DNA of 64,000 nucleotides, taken from the IMG/VR virus record IMGVR_UViG_3300033463_000015. One strand, given 5' to 3'. A program made the translations under genes and the position numbers. The first letter of the stretch is position 1, and each line of letters starts with the position of its first letter. Shown piece after piece: positions 1-9,678 of this stretch. The notes below the pieces were generated by a model. It saw nothing but the letters and a program-made list of their open reading frames with translations, did not search any database and was not told the DNA's origin. This stretch comes from a virus (Duplodnaviria > Caudoviricetes).

Positions 1-1086
1 TATTATCAAAGAGTGTTAATTAATAGTCAAAACAGCCCAATTAATGGTAAAATTGTTAAAAAAGAATCATTAGTTTTAAGTGATACACAAATTGCTGGTT
101 TTAAATTACATCCATTATTTATTAATGAAGATGGCGAAGAAGTTGAGTATGTATTATTATCTGCTTATGACGGCTCAGTTTATGATACTTCAGCTTCTAC
201 ATATTTTCAACACGATGAAAGTGGAGTAGATTTTAACGCCGATAAATTAAGTTCTATTGCTGGTGTAAAACCTGTTAGTGGCGAAAATAAAGCGCTTACT
301 CCAGCAGCATCAGAGCACCTTGCAAATAATCGCGGTGAAGGATGGCATAGTTTTAATTCAAAAGTTGATAGTGCTAATTAGATGTTATTTATGACAGAGT
401 ATGGTACTCCAAATGGCCAAATAGCATTAGATCTTGGCGTTTGTATGATTAGTACTGTAGCCAATAAAAACTGTAGTAGTCTTACAGGTTCAACTTCTAA
501 TCTAGGCAATGCTTCTGGCACTGCTACTTCTACGATTAATGAAATTAATGGTACTTATAATACTTATAATGATTCTGGTAAAACAGCAGTATCTTATCGT
601 GGAGTAGAAAATCCTTGGGGCAATCTATGGCATATAGTAAGCGATGTTTTATTATATGGTAATTAGAATTTATAGGGTGGTATGCCTTATATTTGTAATG
701 ACTATAATTATAGTAATACTTTATAGGATAATTATGGAGCTCTTGGATTTGTATTGCCAGTATCGGAATCATTTATTTCTGCTTTTGGATATGGTAATCC
801 AAATTATGACTGGGTTTATATGCCAATTGAATGTTCTTCCAGTGCTAATAATATTTTACCAATAGGTGACTGCCTATGGAGTGTAGCAAAACTTAATGCT
901 ACTCATAGTTTATATAATGGCGGGCATTGCGGTTTCCAAGAAAAAGATGGTCTATTCTGCTATGCTGGTGACCTTTCACCTTCAGAATATGGTCGTTCTT
1001 ATGGCGCCAAATTAATGTTTGTGCCAACTAAAAATAATATTTATACGAATAATATTGCTGCTTGGACTACTAAAATGGGAGGTTGA
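1..1086 (+). CDS. Virion/tail protein, 5'-truncated, C-type-lectin/FGE-like C-terminal region; TAG=Gln
   Basis: ORFs 13-381, 382-666 and 754-1086 share one frame separated only by TAG; YRGVENPWGNLW motif typical of phage tail proteins. Confidence 0.65.
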
Positions 1087-1091
1087 TACTT

Positions 1092-1349
1092 ATGACTAAT
1101 TATGGACGCGTAAAAAGTACTCAACTACCTCCTTCTGTAGAAATAACTCCAAATTATGTATATATTGCTTCTAATATTGAAACTATTACAAATACAGTAG
1201 ATGATGTAGAAGAAATATTATACACCTATAATTATGTTGGATATACAAAAGACGAATATATTTCTACAATATCTGCCGCTAATGCACAAGCAATTGATGA
1301 TCTAGCGGATCAATTGGCTGCCACCAAGATATTATTGGGGGTGGAATAA
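1092..1349 (+). CDS. Small tail-module hypothetical protein
   Basis: ORF with RBS between tail-like genes. Confidence 0.6.
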   Translation: MTNYGRVKSTQLPPSVEITPNYVYIASNIETITNTVDDVEEILYTYNYVGYTKDEYISTISAANAQAIDDLADQLAATKILLGVE

Positions 1350-1352
1350 CAT

Positions 1353-1760
1353 ATGACACTATATGAATTAGCAATGAAATTGCGGCCTTACATTGAGAAG
1401 GCCGCACTTTCTCTTAATGATGAAGATGCACTTGAAGCAAAAGAACTTTATCCTCAATGGTCTGGCGATAGTGTAAATTATGTACCAGATATGAGAGTAC
1501 GTTATGATGGTATTTTGTATAAGGTATTACAAACTCACGTTTCATAGGAAGCTTGGACACCACCTGCTGCTCCAAGCTTATTTGCTAAAGTTCTAATACC
1601 GGACCCCGATGTTATTCCTGATTGGGAGCAACCCGACAGTACCAATCCGTACATGATGGGCGATAAAGTACGCTTTAATGGAAAAGTATATGAAAGCGTA
1701 ATCAATGGTAATGTTTGGTCACCCGCTGATTATCCGGCTGGTTGGCGCGAAGTACCTTAA
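1353..1760 (+). CDS. Carbohydrate-binding (CBM5/12-like) phage protein; TAG=Gln
   Basis: YKVLQTHVS[TAG]EAWTPPAAPSLFAKV...WEQPDSTNPYMMGDKV continues in frame to TAA at 1760. Confidence 0.75.
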
Positions 1761-1763
1761 TAT

Positions 1764-1791
1764 TTGACTTTTTTAAAAATAAGAGTATAAT
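1764..1791 (+). promoter_or_regulatory. Sigma-A/70-type promoter (one example of >20 copies)
   Basis: TTGACT-N16-TATAAT. Confidence 0.75.
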
Positions 1792-1874
1792 ATATATAGT
1801 AGATGAGGGAGAAATCCCTCTCTACTATAATAAAATGTGGGATAGGAACCACTAATATAAGGAGAGGAACTTGT

Positions 1875-2213
1875 ATGAAGATTTATTCTGAAAAGCTTAA
1901 TAAGCTATTCGATACTGTAGAAGCCTGCCAGAAGGCAGAGTTCGAGGTCAAAGAGGCCGAGAATCGTGAGAAGATCCGTAAGGAACGCGCCGAAGCAGAA
2001 GCTAAGGCCAAGAAGGAAAAGGAAGCCGCAGAGCGTAAAGCCGCAGCTGCTGAACTTGATGAAGCCCGCAAGGCAATGGTTGCCGCACAGAAGCATTATG
2101 CGGAACTACTCGACAATTTTATCAAAAAGTATAAGTCTTACCACTATACTACCAATTCAATTGCCGATATTCCAACCCTCTTTGATTCCCTAAATCTTTT
2201 CAATCTTCTATAA
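1875..2213 (+). CDS. Hypothetical coiled-coil protein
   Basis: RBS GGAGAGG, ATG 1875, Ala/Glu/Lys-rich. Confidence 0.7.
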   Translation: MKIYSEKLNKLFDTVEACQKAEFEVKEAENREKIRKERAEAEAKAKKEKEAAERKAAAAELDEARKAMVAAQKHYAELLDNFIKKYKSYHYTTNSIADIPTLFDSLNLFNLL

Positions 2214-2256
2214 TATAGGTTGACGGCTTGAAGGTTGAGCCGCAATCAACCTATTT

Positions 2257-2332
2257 GTGGTAATAACTCAAATGGTAGAGTACCACCTTGCCAAGGTGGA
2301 TGCTGTGAGTTCAAGTCTCATTTACCACTCCA
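2257..2332 (+). tRNA. tRNA-Gly(GCC)
   Basis: Cloverleaf, CCACC-TTGCCAA-GGTGG, CCA end. Confidence 0.9.
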
Positions 2333-2665
2333 GAGGTTTCTAGTGTCACCGGCTCCGCGGCAAAGAACACTAGCGTTTCTGTCGCTGACGTGAAAAGCAC
2401 CAGCCGCTTCGCAAGGCTGCAAAGGGAATCCGGATTACCAAGCGACGTGGTGGACAGCCAGCCATTGTTATTGAAATGGGTCGTGGAGAATACGGCATAG
2501 ATAATCCGCTCGGTTCATCTTCGACATAGATGTAACGCCGGCCGCGGCGTGACGCAAAATGGCGGCCGCCAGCACTACTACGCGAGTAGTGAAGGCACTT
2601 GCCTGTAATTTTGAACGCTAGTTTATACCCCAATATAACACCAGCTCAGTAAAAATTACAGGCAT
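2333..2665 (+). ncRNA. Unassigned GC-rich structured RNA
   Basis: Several long hairpins (CTAGTGT/ACACTAG, GTCGCT/AGCGAC, CACTACT/AGTAGTG, TGCCTGTAATTTT/AAAATTACAGGCA); no credible ORF. Confidence 0.5.
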
Positions 2666-2730
2666 TTCTTTCTTGACAATTTTCAAAATTATGTTATAAT
2701 ATAATTGTAGAAATGGAGGAGATAAGCATT

Positions 2731-2892
2731 ATGCCTGACTATCTTGATGACTTCGTGTGTGGCCGTACTTGTGAAGAGTACTACCCTGATGATGATGAAT
2801 ATTATGATTATCGTGGAGACCACGACTGGTATGATGTTGAAGCAGCCTTCTTTGAACAGATGGGTATTGAACCTGAAGTTTACGAAGATTAA
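2731..2892 (+). CDS. Small highly acidic protein (53 aa)
   Basis: Own promoter (2673-2700) and RBS; MPDYLDDFVCGRTCEEYYPDDDEYYD... Confidence 0.65.
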   Translation: MPDYLDDFVCGRTCEEYYPDDDEYYDYRGDHDWYDVEAAFFEQMGIEPEVYED

Positions 2893-3020
2893 TAATTGAC
2901 TTTTCTCAAAAATATGGTATAATATAAATATACCAAGGGGAAAGAGACACGGTCCCGCGGCGTGCATAATACGTGGGGTAGTGGTTCAGGCGCTGGGGTC
3001 GCCTTTAAAACCCCCAATAT

Positions 3021-3097
3021 GGCCTTGTAGCTCAGAAGAGTAGAGCGATAGCCTGTCACGCTATAGGTCGCGCGTTCAAGTCGCGTCAAGGTCGCCA
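3021..3097 (+). tRNA. tRNA-Asp(GTC)
   Basis: Cloverleaf with CTGTCAC loop, CCA. Confidence 0.9.
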
Positions 3098-3535
3098 TCG
3101 TCCAAGACAGTAAGGACATTAATCTACGCTGCGGCTATCCGTATGAACCAAGCTGATACGGTGCGTTACACTTTGGAAATGGAAAGTGGGGATAGGCAAA
3201 GACCAGACCCGAAAAGATAATGGGTGGCAGTAAGTGGAGTTCATATGAACATACCAGTAAGACCATACCAAAAGGAATAGGGACGCCGCTAACGGAATGT
3301 GAGGAAGGCCGTATAAAAGATTGCCTCACCGCGAAAGAGATTGTATGATGCACCCCTCACTTGGCCGCGAAGCGCTTAAAGAAAGTCGTGCATTACCGAA
3401 AGCAGATGAGCAACTGCGGGAACCATCCCAGATGGGATGCCGGTGCTCCAGTGAAAGTCTGGACGAGAACCAATAAAATGGCTCACAACGCGTTGGGGTT
3501 GTAGGTATATCCTCTCTATGGAGAAAAACCTTCTA
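3098..3535 (+). ncRNA. Unassigned ~440-nt noncoding RNA between tRNAs
   Basis: GC-enriched, no plus-strand ORF, bounded by tRNA-Asp and tRNA-Met. Confidence 0.45.
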
Positions 3536-3538
3536 TGA

Positions 3539-3613
3539 TGCGGCGAGGGCAAACGGTAAGCCAACTGGCTCATAACCAGTATATAGTGGGTTCAACTCCC
3601 ACCACCGCTACCA
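3539..3613 (+). tRNA. tRNA-Met(CAT), possibly initiator
   Basis: ACTGG-CTCATAA-CCAGT, 1:72 mismatch, CCA. Confidence 0.85.
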
Positions 3614-4510
3614 AAGCCTCAACCAACCGGCTTAGAATAGGTGGGTCGTGGATAAGCGCCGAATCGTAATTGGTGCTAGGGCGACAAGTAATCTTTAAAT
3701 GAGTGGTGCGAGTCCACAGCAATAGCAAAAGAGCGCGCTTTAAAGGTTATTGTTTCGACGGAAACTAGCCCCATAGTTAGTTCGTACACCTAACTATGTA
3801 TTTTAAGGGCAAAACAGGACTTCACGGCAAACTAAGCTCGTCAAAAAATGGGATGGACCGTGGCGCTGAAGAAAACTGCGTAACAAAAAGAGAAGGATGC
3901 CCGCTCAATAATAGGGTTCAAGGTGCCCAAATGCAAAGCAATGAGAAGGCTTTGAGGTGGGTCGTAACTAGCTAATACGATTTCATTGCTAAGAAGAATG
4001 GGTTAAATGGAGTTTGAAGAACAGCCAATGCGCAAACTGTATGGTTTAAGGGCATACACCAGATTGCTCGGCGCATTATAAAAGAAGAGCAAAGTAAGCA
4101 CACGGGATGGAAGGAAACGAGTTACGTCCTTACCGGCCCTGAGTAGTTGCGACGAAATGGGCGGGAGAAGCAGAAATAGTAACTGCACCCATAAATAGGC
4201 GAAAAACGAGAAAGAGAAGGAGAAGGCTCCGTTCAAACGGATTGATCACCGAAATTGAAGTAAGCGGAATAGGAAAGATGAAGTTCTACCGCCGACCGCT
4301 TCTCGTCACACAGTGTAGCCTATGTGCGTCCAAAGGCACATAAAAGAACGGCGGCGTAAATTACCGATGTTACAGGTAATCATATTGGAAAGCAGCAAGT
4401 TCGCCCAACAAGCGTGCGCACGCAAGATTGGGAACGGTCGGGACTGAGGATTGTGAGGATGCTGCTAGGCAATCTCACCCAGATGGGGTGGCTGGGTTAT
4501 CAAAACCCCT
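3614..4510 (+). ncRNA. Giant structured RNA, probable GOLLD
   Basis: ~900 nt purine-rich noncoding stretch between tRNAs; 3' part (GCCGACCGC...GGACTGAG...GGCAATCTCACCC) resembles the GOLLD 3' domain as recalled, not searched. Confidence 0.55.
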
Positions 4511-4515
4511 TTTAT

Positions 4516-4588
4516 GCCCTGCGTGGCAGCCGGTTTAAGCCGTTGGCCCTTCAAGCCAAAGTACCGAGTTCAACTCTCGGGCAGGGTA
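4516..4588 (+). tRNA. tRNA-Glu(TTC), atypical C33
   Basis: TTGGC-CCTTCAA-GCCAA. Confidence 0.75.
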
Positions 4589-4593
4589 CTTAT

Positions 4594-4665
4594 GTCCAGT
4601 TAGCATAATGGTTAGTGCGTCGCCCTCTCAAGGCGAGGATATGAGTTCGATTCTCGTACTGGGTA
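4594..4665 (+). tRNA. tRNA-Glu(CTC)
   Basis: TCGCC-CTCTCAA-GGCGA. Confidence 0.85.
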
Positions 4666-4748
4666 CTCTCACCTTAGCAAAAGCGGTGACTAAACCGATG
4701 TGCGGTTGGCTGACCTTAAAGCTATTTTTTATTATAGTGAGGGATTTT

Positions 4749-5732
4749 ATGCTAGATATTATCATTCCCGTCTACAATAATTAGCAAGGATTGACAGAAA
4801 CTTTATAGTCTATAAATCCCGCTATTATGAAGGATATTACAATTACAATTATAGATGATTGCTCTTCTGTACAATATGATGTAAAAACTATTCGTATGCC
4901 GCAGAATGGTGGCCCCGGAGCCGCACGCCAATATGGTATTAATCATACAATAGAACCATTTATTATGTTTGTAGATGCAGGAGATACTTTTGTTGATTTT
5001 GATTCGTAGTTAGAAATGATAGAAACAATAAAACATACAGATGCTTTATTTATTTCTTTTCTTCATAATACAATAAAAGAAGATGGTACAATTCGTCTTG
5101 AAAAGCATACTAACAATAGATTACACGGTAAAGTTTATCGTCGTAGCTTTTTAAATCAATATCACATAACATTTTGTTAGGGAAAAATTGGTTCATACGC
5201 CAATGAAGATATTGGCTTTAATTTTATATGTCATCATATATTAGAAGATAAAAATTTAGAAAATAAGTTTATATGTATAGATGTTCCATTAATTAATTGG
5301 ACTTATGATGAACAATCTCTTACTCATATAAATAATAATGCTTATGGATTTGTAAAATAGGTTCCTGGGCTTATTGAAAATACTCAACATATTGTAGAAG
5401 TATTAGAAGATAATGATTGTAATGCAGAAATAATTGCTAAAATATTATATAATATGCTAGGTAGATTATATACTGATTTTGTCAATGTTGCCGCATTTTG
5501 TCCAGAAAGAATTGATATTACTTGGAAACAATGTAGAACTTATTATCTCAATGATGTATTGCCCTACAAGGAATATAGAGACACTAATCTAAATAATATC
5601 TATATTGGCGGCTTTATGTATAGAGTAATGACTTGGAAGAAAAAAGTTCCAATAAATTATAATCGTTTTCTTCAAGAGTTAGAAAATTGTGAAAAAGCGC
5701 CAAAAAGATATTTTGAATTTTATCAATTATAA
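4749..5732 (+). CDS. Glycosyltransferase family 2; TAG=Gln
   Basis: MLDIIIPVYNN...IIDDCS...NGGPGAARQYG...FVDAGD motifs; fragments joined through TAG only. Confidence 0.85.
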
Positions 5733-5873
5733 TATTTGACTTTATTCAAAATTGTGATATAATATATATGAAAAGAGGGTAAGTTTTATGGAACTTACGG
5801 AGGATGAAAACCACTCCCGTCAAGATGTTGGCAGCAGCAAACACTTATGCGTAAGTAAAGGCAAACATCACAT

Positions 5874-5944
5874 AGCAGAGAGACGATTTGGTAATCGTGT
5901 GAGGGACGCCCACGTTGCGAGTTCAATTCTCGCCTCTGCTTTCA
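5874..5944 (+). ncRNA. tRNA-like RNA with truncated, non-canonical anticodon arm
   Basis: Acceptor AGCAGAG/CTCTGCT, D arm ACGA/TCGT, T arm GCGAG-TTCAATT-CTCGC; no 7-nt anticodon loop. Confidence 0.65.
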
Positions 5945-5960
5945 GCCATTTTGAGCATAT

Positions 5961-6034
5961 GCCCCGGTAGCTCAGTTGGTCAGAGCACGCGGCTGTTAAC
6001 CGCGGTGTCGTAGGTTCGAATCCTACCCGGGGCG
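5961..6034 (+). tRNA. tRNA-Asn(GTT)
   Basis: CGCGG-CTGTTAA-CCGCG. Confidence 0.9.
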
Positions 6035-6040
6035 CTTCAA

Positions 6041-6351
6041 CCACATAAAGCCTGAATTGACAGGATATGACTGGCCGGTTGAGGTCCGGCGGCAGTAATC
6101 GAATTAGAGAAGTCAATGTAAGTGACCCAATAAAATTACTGCGTCTCGTGAGCGACGACAGCTGTGGTGAGGTTCCGTATTGACCGAAAAGTATAAAATA
6201 ATAACATTGGTTAGGCTGGGCCAAGTAAAATAATTCGCACCGTTAACACGGATTTTGCGGTTAAACTACCACCGGCGCGAAACCCCCGCAGAGATAACTC
6301 TGCAATATGAGTATTCTTGAAACAAGAAGGCGGGTCAGTAGCGATATGTGG
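6041..6351 (+). ncRNA. Unassigned ~310-nt structured RNA
   Basis: Closing stem CCACATA/TATGTGG; internal hairpins GCAGTAAT/ATTACTGC and GCAGAG/CTCTGC. Confidence 0.5.
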
Positions 6352-6420
6352 CACGAAGGAGCGGAAAACGGTATACCCAAAGAAGCGAAGTAAACCGCAT
6401 TTCATTACAGGAGTGATACA

Positions 6421-7362
6421 ATGGGCGTATATACAGCAACTGATTTACGACAAATGTAGTCTTTACCATTAGAGGCTAAAATCGTAAAATCTCAAGAACG
6501 GATCAAAGAATATTATGATTACTTCAATGGTGAAGTATACGTATCATTTTCGGGCGGAAAGGACAGCACAGTTCTTCTTCATTTGGTAAGACAACTTTAT
6601 CCAGAAGTAAGAGCAATGTTTGTCGATACTGGACTTGAATACCCAGAAGTAAAAGAGTTCGTAAAGCAGCACGAAAATGTCAGTATTGTGCGGCCAGCAA
6701 AAACGTATAAGCAAGTTATTGAACGCTTTGGCTATCCAATGATTAGTAAAATGACTGCTAATTGTATCGCTACGGCTCGCCGCGATCCGAATTCAACTCG
6801 CGCAAAATATCTTACTGGAGAAATTCCAACAAAAGCATTTGGCTATGGCAATGGTCGATGGTGGCATATGGTAACAGATGCTCCATTCAACACAAGTGGT
6901 TATTGTTGTGAAGTAATGAAAAAACAACCTGCCCATAAATTCAATCGAGAAACTGGACTAGTTCCAATGATAGCTACATTGGCTGATGAATCAGTCAATC
7001 GGCGGCTGACTTGGTATAAAGAAGGTTGTAATAGTTTCAAAGGTAAGGATTCTCAAAGTAAGCCTTTATCATTCTGGACCGATCAGGATATATATCATTA
7101 TATAAAAGATAATAATATTCCTTATTGTCCTATATATGGTGATATTATAGAAAATGAAAAAGGCGAACTAGTAACAACTGGTGTTGAACGCACAGGTTGT
7201 ATCTTCTGCGGTTTCGGCGCGCATCTTGAAAAAGAACCTAATCGTTTCCAACAGCTAAAAGAAACCCATCCAAAATTGTGGGATTATTGTATGCGGCCAT
7301 TGGAAGAAAATGGATTAGGTATGCGTGAAGTTTGCGAATTTATGAAAATTCCAATTGAGTGA
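6421..7362 (+). CDS. PAPS-reductase family protein; TAG=Gln
   Basis: LRQM[TAG]SLPLEAKI, SFSGGKDS PP-loop, RTGCIFC. Confidence 0.85.
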
Positions 7363-7377
7363 GAAATCACTCTTTGA

Positions 7378-7451
7378 TGGCCCTTAGCTCATCAGGTTAG
7401 AGCAGCAGTCTTATAAACTGCAGGTGCTGGGTTCGACTCCCAGAGGGCCTA
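7378..7451 (+). tRNA. tRNA-Ile(TAT)
   Basis: GCAGT-CTTATAA-ACTGC. Confidence 0.85.
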
Positions 7452-7530
7452 CTATCAAATATTTGAAATATAGCAGTCAAATATTTGACTTTTCTCAAAA
7501 TTGTGCTATAATATATATGTAAACAAGGAA

Positions 7531-8117
7531 AGGAGATATTAGGTTAGTAAATTTTGAACCAAGTGAAGATGTGCTAACCACACAGCTTGGGCTATCCGTA
7601 TAGTAGCTGTCACTGCCCGAAGGATACTTTTGGTTAAACAGCCGCCAAAACAGCAATGTTAGGCGATAAAGGAGAAACTCCAAATACTAAGGATAGGCGC
7701 TTGGGTGTTCGCAATCAAAAGCACTTTTCCTCTCGGCTACATAATAGAAAGCTTGTTGAACAGACGAGCCGAATCCAGATAAGGCATTGGGGTGGTAGCC
7801 AATGCAAACTCTGGAAATACCATAAGTAGCTATCGGCGTTGATGAAAGCCGGAAACGGCATATAAGAGAGGTTTGTGGTGGGAGTAGGCCAAAGCGACGT
7901 ACAAGTAATATTGAATAAAAGAATTATTGAATATTGCTGAATGGTTTGGCTGAAACTTGAAGGTAGTCAATCCTTCCTACACACGGCGAAAGCGGATCGA
8001 AGAAGCTATGGGATCGCTACCTATGGCTCAGCCTTCGGTTCTGTAGTGGCTGAATATGATTGAAGAATTACTCGGGTACGGCGAAGGTCGCAACAGTTTA
8101 CTAACCTAATATCTCCT
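7531..8117 (+). ncRNA. ROOL-like large RNA
   Basis: 587 nt; long terminal stem AGGAGATATTAGGTTAGTAAA/TTTACTAACCTAATATCTCCT; own promoter 7485-7512; internal motifs (GAAGGTAGTCAATCCTT, GGATCGCTACC, GCTCAG, GTGGCTGAATA, GAAGGTCGC) match ROOL as recalled. Confidence 0.75.
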
Positions 8118-8142
8118 CTTTCTTTTTAACTAGGAGGCTTAT

Positions 8143-8604
8143 ATGAGACGAATTACTACAATTGTTCTTACGCTATGTTGCTTGCTAATGCCATTGGCCG
8201 CTCTGGGAGACAGTAGCCGTTCTCCTACATTAGATGCTTTATGGTACGCGGAACCAACACTACAGTTTCAGCTAATTAATAATATGGATGAATATGCTGA
8301 ATATCTAGAACTTATTTCAACCTATTATGACCTTGAGGGCTTCACAGAAATGGTTCTAGGAACAGATAAATTTCATATTGTTGATATGATTATCGTTACT
8401 TTAGACCAGACATATGGACGTGTTGTATGGCATACCCCCTATGGCTTTACAACTACTGATAATATCTGTGTCTTTATGATTTCTACGAATCTTTGGCAGG
8501 GATATGTAATGAATGCCAATGGTGATAGAAATGATAATCTAATTGTAAATTATAGTGAAGTGTCTCCGGGTACTTACTTTATGATTATCTATGCGGCTGA
8601 TTAA
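8143..8604 (+). CDS. Hypothetical secreted protein
   Basis: N-terminal signal-peptide-like segment, RBS. Confidence 0.65.
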   Translation: MRRITTIVLTLCCLLMPLAALGDSSRSPTLDALWYAEPTLQFQLINNMDEYAEYLELISTYYDLEGFTEMVLGTDKFHIVDMIIVTLDQTYGRVVWHTPYGFTTTDNICVFMISTNLWQGYVMNANGDRNDNLIVNYSEVSPGTYFMIIYAAD

Positions 8605-8636
8605 ATCAGTCGCGTTTTTTATTAGGAGTGAAAGAT

Positions 8637-9578
8637 ATGCCATTACCAGTATTATTTGCAGGAACAAGGCCACTTGGCAGAGCAGAAAATATTACCGCAT
8701 TATATGAGGCTTATTAGGGACTGAAAAAATATATTCAAGTTAGCGGAAGTAACGACCATCCAGAAATACGTTCTGGCAATTATAGAGTTTTAATTATTGA
8801 TGACTTTGGCTGTCGCAATCCTGGTAAATGTATTTTACTATGGCACGCTATTTAGGGCGGCAAATATATCGGTCTTAATTAGCCATTCCCTTATACTTCA
8901 TAGCAAAATATAAATAAAATTGATTATATTATTGCCGCAGGTGATGACGCTATTCCAATGTGGTAGCAATGTACTAATTTAGCCGCAGATAAAATTTTGC
9001 CGCTAGGAATGCCACGAACCGATTAGTTTATTGGCAAAACAAAAGGTGATGGGCATACATTATTGGCTAATAAAAAAGCTTATTTATATGCTCCTACTTT
9101 TAGACTTTCTAGTGAGCCATTATTCTTTTAGTTAGATTATGATTGGTTAGATAAACAATTAACTGATGATGAGATATTCGCAGTAAAAGCACATATGGTT
9201 GGAAAGAAAATTTTATCTAAAAAATATAATCATATTGTGGAAATCTCACAAAACGAGCCATCAACTCCATATTTATGTGATTGTGATGTTGTAATAACTG
9301 ATTATAGCAGCATTATATTTGATGGCTATTTACTAAATAAACCTGCTATTTTATTTGAAAAAAGTAGCGGTTATGCCGCTAGCCGTGGAATGTATATGAA
9401 TTATCCTAATGAGTATTGTTCTAAATATGCGACTAATGAATAGGAGTTATTAGATTTATTACGTTCTACTAATGAACTTACAGAAGTAGAAAGAAAATGT
9501 ATTCAACGAGTAGCGAATAAATGCGATGGAAATTCTTGCCAGCGCATTTGTGAACTAATTAAAAAGTTGAATTTTTAA
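8637..9578 (+). CDS. CDP-glycerol glycerophosphotransferase (TagF/TagB-like); TAG=Gln
   Basis: WHA, LGMPRTD, YLYAPTFR and DVVITDYSSIIFD motifs; open except for TAGs. Confidence 0.85.
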
Positions 9579-9678
9579 AATAATTTTACTTGACTTTTCC
9601 CAAAATTATAGTATAATATAATTGTACCAAAGGGAAATGGTGCCGATATAGCTCAGTAGGTAGGTGCGTCTCCTTGGT

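Noticed and set aside
900-1086. Diversity-generating retroelement target
   Set aside because: The C-terminus resembles CLec-fold variable regions, but no template repeat or reverse transcriptase is present in the window.
4516-4588. Opal or selenocysteine tRNA (TCA)
   Set aside because: Stem pairing centres the loop on TTC; there is no long variable arm or extended acceptor stem.
2370-4608. ORF-track ORFs across the tRNA/ncRNA island (also 5788-6405, 10182-11211, 16867-17502, 17997-18374)
   Set aside because: They overlap tRNAs, tmRNA or structured RNAs, lack RBSs and have no protein-like motifs.
4749-5732. Reading TAG-broken genes as pseudogenes or sequencing errors
   Set aside because: Breaks are exclusively TAG, frames stay intact, TAG falls at Gln positions, and a CUA tRNA is present.
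2333-6400. RNase P RNA, SRP RNA or 6S RNA among the orphan RNAs
   Set aside because: I did not find the RNase P P4 signature (GAGGAAAGTCC) or the SRP domain IV motif, and saw no convincing 6S-like fold.
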